Assembly (NCBI GenBank): GCA_046723845.1
Contig: JBKOVG010000056.1
Span: forward strand, 1 to 61,467
DNA length: 61,467 nt
Source of the DNA: Candidatus Methylomirabilota bacterium
GTDB lineage: Bacteria > Methylomirabilota > Methylomirabilia > Rokubacteriales > CSP1-6
Direction of reading: 5' to 3'
Each line of letters starts with the position of its first letter. Position 1 is the stretch's first letter. Position numbers and translations under genes: made by a program. The notes beneath the pieces were generated by a model that saw only the letters and a list, made by a program, of their open reading frames with translations, had not been told where the DNA came from and did not search any database. Of the stretch, positions 19,077-26,674 are shown piece by piece.

Positions 19077-19961
19077 TCATCGATGCGTCTCCTTCTCCGT
19101 CACGGGCTGGAGCAGCGTGCCGTAGTGTTGAGGTTGGCGGCGGCCGAGGAAGTTCCAGCGCTTGCGCACCGGCGTCATCTGATCGAGATCGATGCGCGAG
19201 ACGATCAGCTCGTCGCCCGTGGTGGCGGCCTTGGCGAGAACCTGCCCCTGCGAGCTGATGATGCACGAGCCGCCGATCAGCTCCACGCCGTCCTCGATGC
19301 CCGCCTTGGCGATGCCCACCACGAAGCAGGCATTCGCATAGGCGCCCGCCCGCATGCAGAGCTCGTTGAGGTCGAGGGCCAGGGCCGAGATGGGCGTGTT
19401 GTAGCCGATCAGGATGATCTCCGCCCCCTGGAGGGCGAGAGCGCGGTAGCTCTCGGGATAGCGGCGGTCCTGACAGATGGCGATGCCGACCTTGGCGCCG
19501 CAGGCATCGAAGACCTTGTAGCCCGTGTCGCCGTGGGCGAAGTAGTACGGCTCGTAGACCTGGGCGAAGCCGTCCGGCTCCCGCGTGCCGGGGAGGTGGA
19601 TCTTCCGGAACGTCCCGCAGAACTTCCCCGCGGTGTCGGTGAGGAGCGCGGTATTGAAGTACTTGCCGTCGGCCTTCTCGCAGAAGCCCACGTGGACGGC
19701 GATGCGCGCCTCCCTGGCGCGGCGGAGCAGGGGCTCGAGCGCCTTGGGCGGCATCTCCGTCTCGAAGAACTGATCGAAGTCCTTGCGGATCTTCTTGGGG
19801 AAGTAAGTGGTGAGCGCCATCTCCGGATAGGCGATGAGCTCCACCCCCTGCTGCTTCGCCTGCTCGAGGAGGGTGAGCATGCGCTCGACGATCTCCTCGC
19901 GGCTCGAGCCTTCGTTGTTGGGGCCCATCTGGGCAGCGGCGACGGTGACATTGCGGGCCAT
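19077..19961 (-). CDS. N-carbamoyl-D-amino-acid hydrolase (nitrilase superfamily)
   Basis: The Met at 19961 is preceded by AAGGAG. The Glu/Lys/Cys triad contexts are 'AYPEMALT', 'FRKIHLPG' and 'IAICQDRRYPE'. The C-terminal 'RRQPQHYG' matches the Agrobacterium D-carbamoylase tail. Confidence 0.85.
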   Translation of the reverse strand: MARNVTVAAAQMGPNNEGSSREEIVERMLTLLEQAKQQGVELIAYPEMALTTYFPKKIRKDFDQFFETEMPPKALEPLLRRAREARIAVHVGFCEKADGKYFNTALLTDTAGKFCGTFRKIHLPGTREPDGFAQVYEPYYFAHGDTGYKVFDACGAKVGIAICQDRRYPESYRALALQGAEIILIGYNTPISALALDLNELCMRAGAYANACFVVGIAKAGIEDGVELIGGSCIISSQGQVLAKAATTGDELIVSRIDLDQMTPVRKRWNFLGRRQPQHYGTLLQPVTEKETHR

Positions 19962-19974
19962 ATTGGTCTCCTTA

Positions 19975-20149
19975 GCCGGCGGCTGAAAAGGGCCCATCTG
20001 CTTCGTGGGCGGATCTACTCAGCCCTCGTCTCGCGGCCAACATCAGCCGCTCAACTCGAACGGCGGTCGCACGCTCAACGTACAGGGAGTACGTCTCGCG
20101 TGCGACCTTCGGGCGCCGCCTCGCATCTGGGCCCTCTTGAGCCGCCGGC
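19975..20149. repeat. MITE-like repeat element, copy B1, with 27-nt terminal inverted repeats
   Basis: TIR-L at 19975-20001 is 'gccggcggctgaaaagggcccatctgc'. The reverse complement of TIR-R at 20123-20149 is 'gccggcggctcaagagggcccagatgc' (4 mismatches). The internal hairpin is 'cgcacgctcaacgtacagggagtacgtctcgcgtgcg'. It is homologous to 27926-28103. Confidence 0.75.
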
Positions 20150-20165
20150 AACTTTGGCGGCACGG

Positions 20166-20924
20166 CTATGTGATTCCGAGCTTGGCGACTTCCTCGCGGA
20201 CGAGGCGCTTGATCTCGCGCTCGAGATCGACGAAGGCCGCGCTGGAGCGATCGCGCGGATGCGGCATGGTCATGTCCACGATTTCCTTGATGGTGCCGGG
20301 ACGGGTGGCCATGACCACGATGCGGTCGGCGAGGAAGATCGACTCCGAGATGCTGTGGGTGACGAAGACCACCGTCTTCTTGTCCTGCTCCCAGATGCGC
20401 AGCAGCTCTTCTTGCATCACCTCGCGCGTCTGCGCGTCGAGGGCGCCGAAGGGCTCGTCCATGAGGAGCACCGAGGGGTGGTTGGCGAGCACGCGTGCGA
20501 TGGCCACCCGCTGCTTCATGCCCCCCGAGAGCTCGCGCGGGTACTTCTCCTCGTGCTCAGCGAGGCCGACCAGGGAGAGATACCGTCGGGCCACGGTGCG
20601 CCGCTCCGCGCGCGGCATGCCCTGGATCATGGGGCCGAACTCCACGTTCTCGATTGCGGTGCGCCAGGGGAAGAGCGCGTACTCCTGGAACACCACGCCG
20701 CGGTCGGCCCCCGCCTGCGTCACCTCGTGGCCGTCCACGAGGATCTGGCCCGTGGTGGGCTCGACGAAGCCCGCGATCATGTTGAGCAGGGTGGACTTGC
20801 CGCAGCCCGAGGGGCCGAGGAGGCACGTGAAGCTGTTCTCCGGCAGGTCCAGGCTCACCTCGTCGAGGGCGAGCGTGCCCTCGACGTAACTCTTCGACAC
20901 GCCCTGGATCTGGATCGACGTCAT
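20166..20924 (-). CDS. ABC transporter ATP-binding protein (NitT/TauT family)
   Basis: Walker A 'GPSGCGKST', signature 'LSGGMKQRV' and Walker B 'LLMDEPFGALD' are present. The real start is the internal Met 'MTSIQIQG' of the merged 492-aa ORF. Confidence 0.85.
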   Translation of the reverse strand: MTSIQIQGVSKSYVEGTLALDEVSLDLPENSFTCLLGPSGCGKSTLLNMIAGFVEPTTGQILVDGHEVTQAGADRGVVFQEYALFPWRTAIENVEFGPMIQGMPRAERRTVARRYLSLVGLAEHEEKYPRELSGGMKQRVAIARVLANHPSVLLMDEPFGALDAQTREVMQEELLRIWEQDKKTVVFVTHSISESIFLADRIVVMATRPGTIKEIVDMTMPHPRDRSSAAFVDLEREIKRLVREEVAKLGIT

Positions 20925-21793
20925 GCCTGCCCCCGGGCCTGGCTGCGCCAGCGGAGGAGCCGGCCCTCGAGCTTGCGCAGCAGCACGTTGGCGAGCACGC
21001 CGATGATGCCGATCACCGCCGCCCCCAGGAGCATGTTGGAGACGAGGAAGAAGGTGCGCGCGTCGTTGATGAGGAAGCCGAGACCGGAGTCGGCGGCGAT
21101 GAACTCCGCGGCCACGATGACGAAGAAGGAGAGGCCGAAGGCGAGCCGCAATCCCGTGATGATGTTGGGCGTGGCCGCGGGCAGCACCACGTGCCAGAAG
21201 ATCTGCCGCTCCGTGGCCCCCAGGCTCGCCGCGGCCCGGATGAGCACGGGGTCGACGTACTTGATGCCCTCGATGGTGGTGGTGAAGATCGGGAAGAAGG
21301 CGGCATAGGTGATGAAGGCCACCTTGGAGGCTTCTCCGATCCCGAACCACAGCACCATCATGGGCAGGAAGGCGAGCGGCGGAATGGGCCGCAGCATCTC
21401 CAGCATCGGCTCCACGAGATGCTCGAGGAGACGCGAGCGGCCCAGCGCGGTGCCCACCACGATGCCGAGCGCGGCGGCGATGCCGAAGCCCCACAGCACG
21501 CGCGAGAGGCTCGCGGTGATGTGCCTGAGCAGCTCGCCGGAGGCCGCCATCTTGATGCCCGTGCGCAAGACTTCGTCGGGCGCGGGGAGGAGAATGGGGT
21601 TGAACACCTTGAACACGTGCGCGTTCAAGAGACTCACGCCCCACCAGAGGACGAAGAAGAGCAGCAGCGACACCACGCGCAGCACCGTCACGGTGGGCCG
21701 GCTCAGTCCCCGTCGCGAGGGACGCCGACCCGCCGCGGGAGCGGCGGCGACGCTGACCGCCGCGCGGGGCTGCCTTACCGCTTCGGCTTCCAT
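20921..21793 (-). CDS. ABC transporter permease (NitT/TauT family)
   Basis: It has the EAA-type loop 'IRAAASLGATERQIFWHVVLPAATP' and six hydrophobic segments. There is a 4-nt overlap with the ATPase gene. Confidence 0.85.
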   Translation of the reverse strand: MEAEAVRQPRAAVSVAAAPAAGRRPSRRGLSRPTVTVLRVVSLLLFFVLWWGVSLLNAHVFKVFNPILLPAPDEVLRTGIKMAASGELLRHITASLSRVLWGFGIAAALGIVVGTALGRSRLLEHLVEPMLEMLRPIPPLAFLPMMVLWFGIGEASKVAFITYAAFFPIFTTTIEGIKYVDPVLIRAAASLGATERQIFWHVVLPAATPNIITGLRLAFGLSFFVIVAAEFIAADSGLGFLINDARTFFLVSNMLLGAAVIGIIGVLANVLLRKLEGRLLRWRSQARGQA

Positions 21794-22812
21794 GTCACGA
21801 GCTTCGGGTCGATCTCGGACATCAGCCCCGTGGAGAAGACGTCGTCCGGAGAGACGGGATTGGGAATGCGCTTGATGTCGAGGGCCCACTCGCTCTGGGA
21901 TCGGACGGCGAGCGCCGCGTCCTCGTCGAAGGCCATGGTGTAGCGGTTGGCGTCCGTCATGACCTTGAGGGCGTCCTTGTCGTCGATGCGGAGCGCCTTC
22001 TCCAGCACGTCGAGGGCCTTGGCGCGGTCGTTGACCATCAGGTCGTTGCCGCGCTTGAGGGCGCGGATGACCGCCTTGAGGGTCTTGGGCTTCTCCTTGA
22101 TCCAGGTGTCCGAGGCGAGGAGGAAGGCGTAGACGTGCAGGAGCTGCTTGTCCCCCGTGAGCGGCTCCGGCTTGCCCGTGATGTAGGACACGGTGGCCGT
22201 GGTGTAGAGCGTGCCGCCCAGCTTGACGAGACGGAAGAGGTTGGGCTGCCAGCCGAGGAAGCCGTCCACATCGTTCTTGGAAGCGGCCACCACGCCCTCG
22301 GAAGGCTGCATGTTCACGAGGGTGACCTTGTTGGCGTCGAAGCCGTACTGCTTGGCGAGCTTGGCGAGGATGAGCACCTGCGAGTTGCCCTGGGTGTGCG
22401 CGAGCTTCTTGCCCTCGAGATCCTTGGGGCTGGCGAGCCTGGTCTTGGGCGAGAGCACGAAGCCCTGGGTGCCCGCGATGTTCGCGAGCGGCGCGATGGT
22501 GCGCACGGGCAGCCTCTGGCCGCCCAGCACGATCTGCGCGAAGCTGCCGCCGCCCGCCAGGCCCTGCTGGCCGCTCGCCATGAGGGTGATGATGTCGCCG
22601 CCCGACTGCTGCCACTTCACCGTGACGTTGAGCCCTTCGTCCTTGAAGTAGCCGAGCGCGTCGGCGATGGCGATCTGCGAGCCCAGCTGCGGGTCGCGCA
22701 CGGCGGGCAGGTCGAAGGTGGCCTGCTCCACGGCGCCCTGGGCATGGGCCTGGCCCACGAGCAAGGCGACGGCGGAGACGAGGAGGGCGACGAGTCGAAT
22801 CGTGGATGTCAC
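21775..22812 (-). CDS. ABC transporter substrate-binding protein (NMT1/THI5-like, NitT/TauT family)
   Basis: The GTG at 22812 is preceded by GAGGAGG. Signal peptide 'VTSTIRLVALLVSAVALLVGQAHAQG' is present. It is the first gene of the three-gene ABC operon. Confidence 0.75.
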   Translation of the reverse strand: MTSTIRLVALLVSAVALLVGQAHAQGAVEQATFDLPAVRDPQLGSQIAIADALGYFKDEGLNVTVKWQQSGGDIITLMASGQQGLAGGGSFAQIVLGGQRLPVRTIAPLANIAGTQGFVLSPKTRLASPKDLEGKKLAHTQGNSQVLILAKLAKQYGFDANKVTLVNMQPSEGVVAASKNDVDGFLGWQPNLFRLVKLGGTLYTTATVSYITGKPEPLTGDKQLLHVYAFLLASDTWIKEKPKTLKAVIRALKRGNDLMVNDRAKALDVLEKALRIDDKDALKVMTDANRYTMAFDEDAALAVRSQSEWALDIKRIPNPVSPDDVFSTGLMSEIDPKLVTWKPKR

Positions 22813-22984
22813 GGTGTCCTCCTCACGTGGTGGTCCGAAGCGTAGCTTCCCTGGCAGCAACGCCCATGCCAGCCCCTGCCTGACCCGTCCTCTCCGACTT
22901 CGCCCGTACCCGGCTCGTTTAGGGAGATACCCCAAACTCCGCGCCTCGGCAAGCTGCCGAGTCCGCGGGCAATCGCCCGCGCCT

Positions 22985-23405
22985 GCTCACGAGAGGCGCA
23001 GCCCGATCCTCTCGCCCCCGGAGGGGGAGAGGGCGAGGGTGAGGGGGAGTGTCGGCTTCACTCTGACTGTCCCAGCCCTCGCCTCTCCGCTCGAAGCGAG
23101 CGGCTCAGCTCGAACTGCGGCCCCCGGAAGGGGCGAGGGGCAGGGCGAGGGGCAGTAGCGGATCCACTGCAACTGTCCAGCCCTCGCATCGAAGCGAGCG
23201 GCTAGGCTCGAACTGCGGCTTCCGGAGAGTGAGAGGGCAAGGGTGCGTTGGAGTGTCGGGTTCACGCCTCCCCGCTCGAAGCGAGCGCGCGGCTCGGCTC
23301 GAACTGCGGCCGCCGGAGGGAGAGAGAGCTAGGGAAGAGGACAGAACGGCCTCGGCCCCACCCTCACCGTGCCCCCTTTCACCGAGGGAGAGGGTGCGGA
23401 GGGCC
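22985..23405. repeat. Degenerate tandem array (about 4 units of 90-105 bp) of G/C-rich hairpin repeat, family C
   Basis: The core 'gctcgaagcgagcggctc.gctcgaactgcggc' occurs three times, at about 23089, 23188 and 23273. Units start at 23072, 23177 and 23266. Each unit carries a 'cctctcgcccccggagggggagaggg'-type hairpin. Confidence 0.7.
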
Positions 23406-24870
23406 GGCGCAGGTACCGGCCATGGGCGGGCCCTACGATCTTTCCGCGCTCGTAGACGAGATCCCCGCGCAGGAAGGTGGCGGCGACCTTGCCGGTGAGC
23501 TGCTGCCCTTCGAACGGCGTGTAGCCCTGGGCCGACGGCGAGTCCGCCGCGCGCACCGTGAAGCTCTGGTCCGGATCGAGCAGCGCGAGGTCCGCGTCGT
23601 AGCCCGGCGCCACGTCGCCCTTGTTGAGGAGGCCGTAGCGCTGGGCGGGGTTCCACGAGCAGAGCTCGGCCATGCGATGGAGGGGCAGGCCGCGCCGGCG
23701 CCCTTCGCTGAACACGCCGGAGAGGAGATACTCGGTGCCCCCGAAGCCCGACTTGGCGAGCCAGATGTCGTCGGGATGCTCGGCGGCGACCTTTGCCTCG
23801 GAGGCGCAGCAGGCGTGATCGCTCACGATCCAGCTCACCTCGCCCGTGAGCACGGATCGCCAGAGGTGCTCCACGTCGTCCCGGGGTCGGATGGGTGGGT
23901 TGACCTTGGCGAGCGCGCCCGTGGGCGCATTCGTGTCGAGGAGGAGATGGCCCACCGTCACCTCGCGGCGGAAGTCGATGTGGGGAAACACGCGCTGCAT
24001 CGTCATGGCGGCTTCCATGGCCTTGCGAGACGAGAGATGCAGGAGGTTCACGTTGGGGCAGGCCGCCTCGTTCGCGAGATAGGCGGCGATCCACACGGCG
24101 AGACCTTCCGAGTGCGGCGGCCGCGCCACGCTGTAGGCGTGAAGCCCCTTCAGGCTCGGATCCGCCTGAACGATGCGCGTGTAGGCGTTGAGGATGTCCG
24201 CCAGCTCGCAGTGGAAACTGACGCTGATTACTTCGCGCAGCTCCGGCCGGCGCTCGATGAGCCGCGCGGCCCCCCGCAGGATGAACTGGAAGTGGGCGAG
24301 GTCGTAGCTCTCGCCTTCGGGCAGCATGAGGAACTGCCGCTGCGCCGCGGGGTCGGCGGTGCCGTGGAGGCCATAGCCGCCGTAGAACATGAAGATCTTG
24401 AACGACGGCACGCCGTGCTCGACGGCGAGCATCTCCATCTCGTCGATGTGGGCGCGCTCGATGGGCGCCACGTGGTAGGCGTAGTCGCACCAGTACCGTC
24501 CCTCGGACTGGCGCAGCACCTCGGGAAAGAAGTCGCGATAGGCGCCGCCGCGGTTGAGGTAGTACTGGCCGGTGCGGAAGTAGGTCAGCATGGCGGTGAC
24601 GCCGCCCATCAGCGCGGCCTTGCTCTCCGTCGCCGCATCCTCGGCGAGGGGGGCGTAGATGCCCGCGTGGGTGTGGGCGTCGACGAGGCCGGGGAAGCCG
24701 AGGAGGCCTCGGGCGTCGAACGTCTGCAGGGCGTGGGTGGCGGGGATCTCGCGCGCGACGCGAGCGAACCGTCCGTCCTTCACGCCCAGGTCCATCGGCT
24801 CGACGGTGGGCTGCCCGGGCCGCACGAGCCGCACGTTCTTGATGACGAGGTCGAGCGGGCCGGCCGTCAT
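23329..24870 (-). CDS. Hydantoinase/dihydropyrimidinase-like cyclic amidohydrolase (paralog 2)
   Basis: The Met 'MTAGPLDLVIKNVRLV' at 24870 overlaps the upstream stop (ATGA). 'GLVDAHTHAG', 'PSFKIFMFYGG' and 'IVSDHACC' are present. The last ~25 codons run into repeat family C. Confidence 0.8.
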   Translation of the reverse strand: MTAGPLDLVIKNVRLVRPGQPTVEPMDLGVKDGRFARVAREIPATHALQTFDARGLLGFPGLVDAHTHAGIYAPLAEDAATESKAALMGGVTAMLTYFRTGQYYLNRGGAYRDFFPEVLRQSEGRYWCDYAYHVAPIERAHIDEMEMLAVEHGVPSFKIFMFYGGYGLHGTADPAAQRQFLMLPEGESYDLAHFQFILRGAARLIERRPELREVISVSFHCELADILNAYTRIVQADPSLKGLHAYSVARPPHSEGLAVWIAAYLANEAACPNVNLLHLSSRKAMEAAMTMQRVFPHIDFRREVTVGHLLLDTNAPTGALAKVNPPIRPRDDVEHLWRSVLTGEVSWIVSDHACCASEAKVAAEHPDDIWLAKSGFGGTEYLLSGVFSEGRRRGLPLHRMAELCSWNPAQRYGLLNKGDVAPGYDADLALLDPDQSFTVRAADSPSAQGYTPFEGQQLTGKVAATFLRGDLVYERGKIVGPAHGRYLRRPSAPSPSVKGGTVRVGPRPFCPLP

Positions 24871-26219
24871 GTCTCCTCGATCTCGATGGGGAAGAGCTCC
24901 AGCGGATCGTCGACGATCACCAGGTGATGCACGTTGAACTCGAAGACCTCCCCCGCCTTGATGTCCGAGGGTGAGAAGGGGAAGGCGAGGTTGCCCGCGA
25001 TGGCCTTCCGTCCCGGATACGTCACGTGCAGCCCCGCCGAGCGCGCGAGGGCGAGGACGGCCGCCGAGGTGTCGGGATCGTCGGCGATGACCTCGATGAT
25101 CAGGCCGATCTCGTGAGAGCGGATCTCCTTCACGGGCTCCAGCCGCCCCATGACGCCGTCTCGCCCATAGACATGGAAGATGAGCCGATAGCCGTCGGGA
25201 TACGTCTCCGCCACGCGCTGGCGGATGTTCTCCAGATAGGCGTCGATCTGCGAGACGAGGACGGGATCGCGCACGCCCGCGATGGCCAGGGTGCGATAGC
25301 CGGCACGCCGCACGCCTTCGAGCTTGAGGGTGTAAGCGGGCGCCTTGACCCAGCGCGTGCCGCGCACCCGCACCTGGCGCGGATTGATCTGCTCGAAGAC
25401 CGTCTGCGAGAGATCGATGGCGCCGCCGGGCAGGTGCAGGAGATACGGATCCGGCTTCTCGTAGAGGGTGTGCGCGGCCACGGAGGCGACCGTGCACACC
25501 TTGTCCGGGTTGGGCGGCTCGACCACGAAGGCGTCCTCCTCCATGAAGCCGAGGAGGCTGTCGGAGCCATGGCGCGGGAATGCGGCCGCGCCCCCGCACT
25601 CGAGGATCTTGCCCATGTGGATGACGAGGCCGGTGTCGAAGCCCGCGCGCATGGGCAGGGCGCCGATGGGCGCGGGATCGTAGGCGCGTCCCGCGATGAC
25701 GACCTCCGCGCCCATGTCGAGGGCGCGCATGAAGGGCTCGTAGCCCATCTGGGCCACGATGCGCACGCTGCGATCGACCTCTTCGTGGGTCAGGGGAGTC
25801 TCGAGGTCGAGGGGCGAGGTGCGCCCGCTCGAGATCTGCCGCTTCAGCCAGTCCTTGTCCACCTCGGCTCCGATCACCGCGGTGCGGAAGTGATGGCCGC
25901 GCTCGCGACAGATCTCGCGATAAACCTCGAGGGCCCACTGGAGGTGCGGCGTTCCGCCTCCGCCGCCCGCCGAGCCGATGAGGACGGGCACGTGCCGGTC
26001 GCGGGCGGCGTCGAGGATCATGCCGAGGTCGCGCTTGAAGGCGCGGCGGTTGGTGAAGGGCACGCCCGCGCCGAGATAGTATGGCCCGGGATCGGTCGAG
26101 CCCGCGTCCACCGCGATGGCGTCGGGGTTGCGCTTCATGCCCTCGGCCATCGAGCGGACGGGGATGCCGTAACCCAGCATGCCCTCGGGGGCGAGGATGG
26201 TCATGCGTCGCGCGCTCAT
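24867..26219 (-). CDS. DUF1446 / AtuA-like (acyclic terpene utilisation family) protein
   Basis: 450 aa. 'GMLGYGIP...DAIAVDAGSTDPGPYYLG' and 'GKILECGG' are characteristic of AtuA-like proteins. There are 4-nt overlaps with both neighbours. Confidence 0.75.
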   Translation of the reverse strand: MSARRMTILAPEGMLGYGIPVRSMAEGMKRNPDAIAVDAGSTDPGPYYLGAGVPFTNRRAFKRDLGMILDAARDRHVPVLIGSAGGGGGTPHLQWALEVYREICRERGHHFRTAVIGAEVDKDWLKRQISSGRTSPLDLETPLTHEEVDRSVRIVAQMGYEPFMRALDMGAEVVIAGRAYDPAPIGALPMRAGFDTGLVIHMGKILECGGAAAFPRHGSDSLLGFMEEDAFVVEPPNPDKVCTVASVAAHTLYEKPDPYLLHLPGGAIDLSQTVFEQINPRQVRVRGTRWVKAPAYTLKLEGVRRAGYRTLAIAGVRDPVLVSQIDAYLENIRQRVAETYPDGYRLIFHVYGRDGVMGRLEPVKEIRSHEIGLIIEVIADDPDTSAAVLALARSAGLHVTYPGRKAIAGNLAFPFSPSDIKAGEVFEFNVHHLVIVDDPLELFPIEIEET

Positions 26220-26542
26220 GTGTCCTCCCAGGCCACGGCGTGCTCCATGAGCGGGACGTGCTGCTGGGCGCCGTAGACGTCGCTCTCGCCGAGGGCTCCC
26301 GAGCCCAACGGTCGCCGCATGGTGATCTTGACCGCGTACGCGGGATCAAACTCGATAATCTTCAGCACGTCCTCCGCCATGACGCCGTAGAGCCCCGCGA
26401 TGGTGACCCGGTCGAGGGCCTTGAGGGCCTTGAAGCGCTCGTAGGTCGCGCGATCGGGGAACACGATGTCGAGGGTGAGGAGGAAGGGGCCCGCGTTCTT
26501 GCTGGTGACGAAGGCCGCAATGTCGCCGATGGTGCGCCGCAT
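26216..26542 (-). CDS. DUF4387-like small protein (usual partner of DUF1446)
   Basis: 108 aa, 'SKNAGPFLLTLDIVF.D...Y', and it is the first gene of the coupled three-gene operon. Confidence 0.65.
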   Translation of the reverse strand: MRRTIGDIAAFVTSKNAGPFLLTLDIVFPDRATYERFKALKALDRVTIAGLYGVMAEDVLKIIEFDPAYAVKITMRRPLGSGALGESDVYGAQQHVPLMEHAVAWEDT

Positions 26543-26572
26543 GGGCCATCATGGCACCATCAAGCATGGGGC

Positions 26573-26621
26573 CTGTCAAGGCCGCGTCCCGTTGACAGTC
26601 TCCGGGATCGGATGCTAGTGT
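26573..26621 (+). promoter_or_regulatory. Perfect 7-bp inverted repeat (CTGTCAA-N12-TTGACAG) overlapping a predicted promoter for the Liv-type ABC operon
   Basis: The inverted-repeat arms are 26573-26579 and 26592-26598. TTGACA at 26592-26597 is followed by an 18-nt spacer and TAGTGT at 26616-26621. This lies in the divergent region between the DUF4387 operon and the substrate-binding-protein gene. Confidence 0.4.
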
Positions 26622-26674
26622 CGCGCGCATTCGAAGGGCCGAGCGGTCTTTCCGCATTCACCGGAGGCCACACG

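Noticed and set aside
20166-21644. The 492-aa, 564-aa and 1006-aa merged ORFs (20166-21644, 20921-22615, 23329-26349), read as single large proteins.
   Set aside because: Each is an upstream out-of-context extension of a normal gene. Internal Met/Val starts with RBSs and 4-nt overlaps give canonical-length ABC, permease, AtuA-like and amidohydrolase proteins.
22813-22980. A possible TPP (THI-box) riboswitch in the leader of the NMT1/THI5-like binding-protein gene.
   Set aside because: The minus-strand leader has a 'ctggca...tgccagggaagc' hairpin vaguely like the P4/P5 region. It lacks the conserved 'CUGAGA' and 'ACCUGAUCUGGAUAAUGCCAGCG' cores. A covariance-model scan would be needed, and I cannot support the call.
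26570-26584. The 15-mer 'ggcctgtcaaggccg' is shared between 26570-26584 and 46145-46159, a possible common operator or -35 element.
   Set aside because: A single 15-nt match between two sites in 61 kb of strongly GC-biased sequence is within chance expectation. No matching -10 element is present at the second site.
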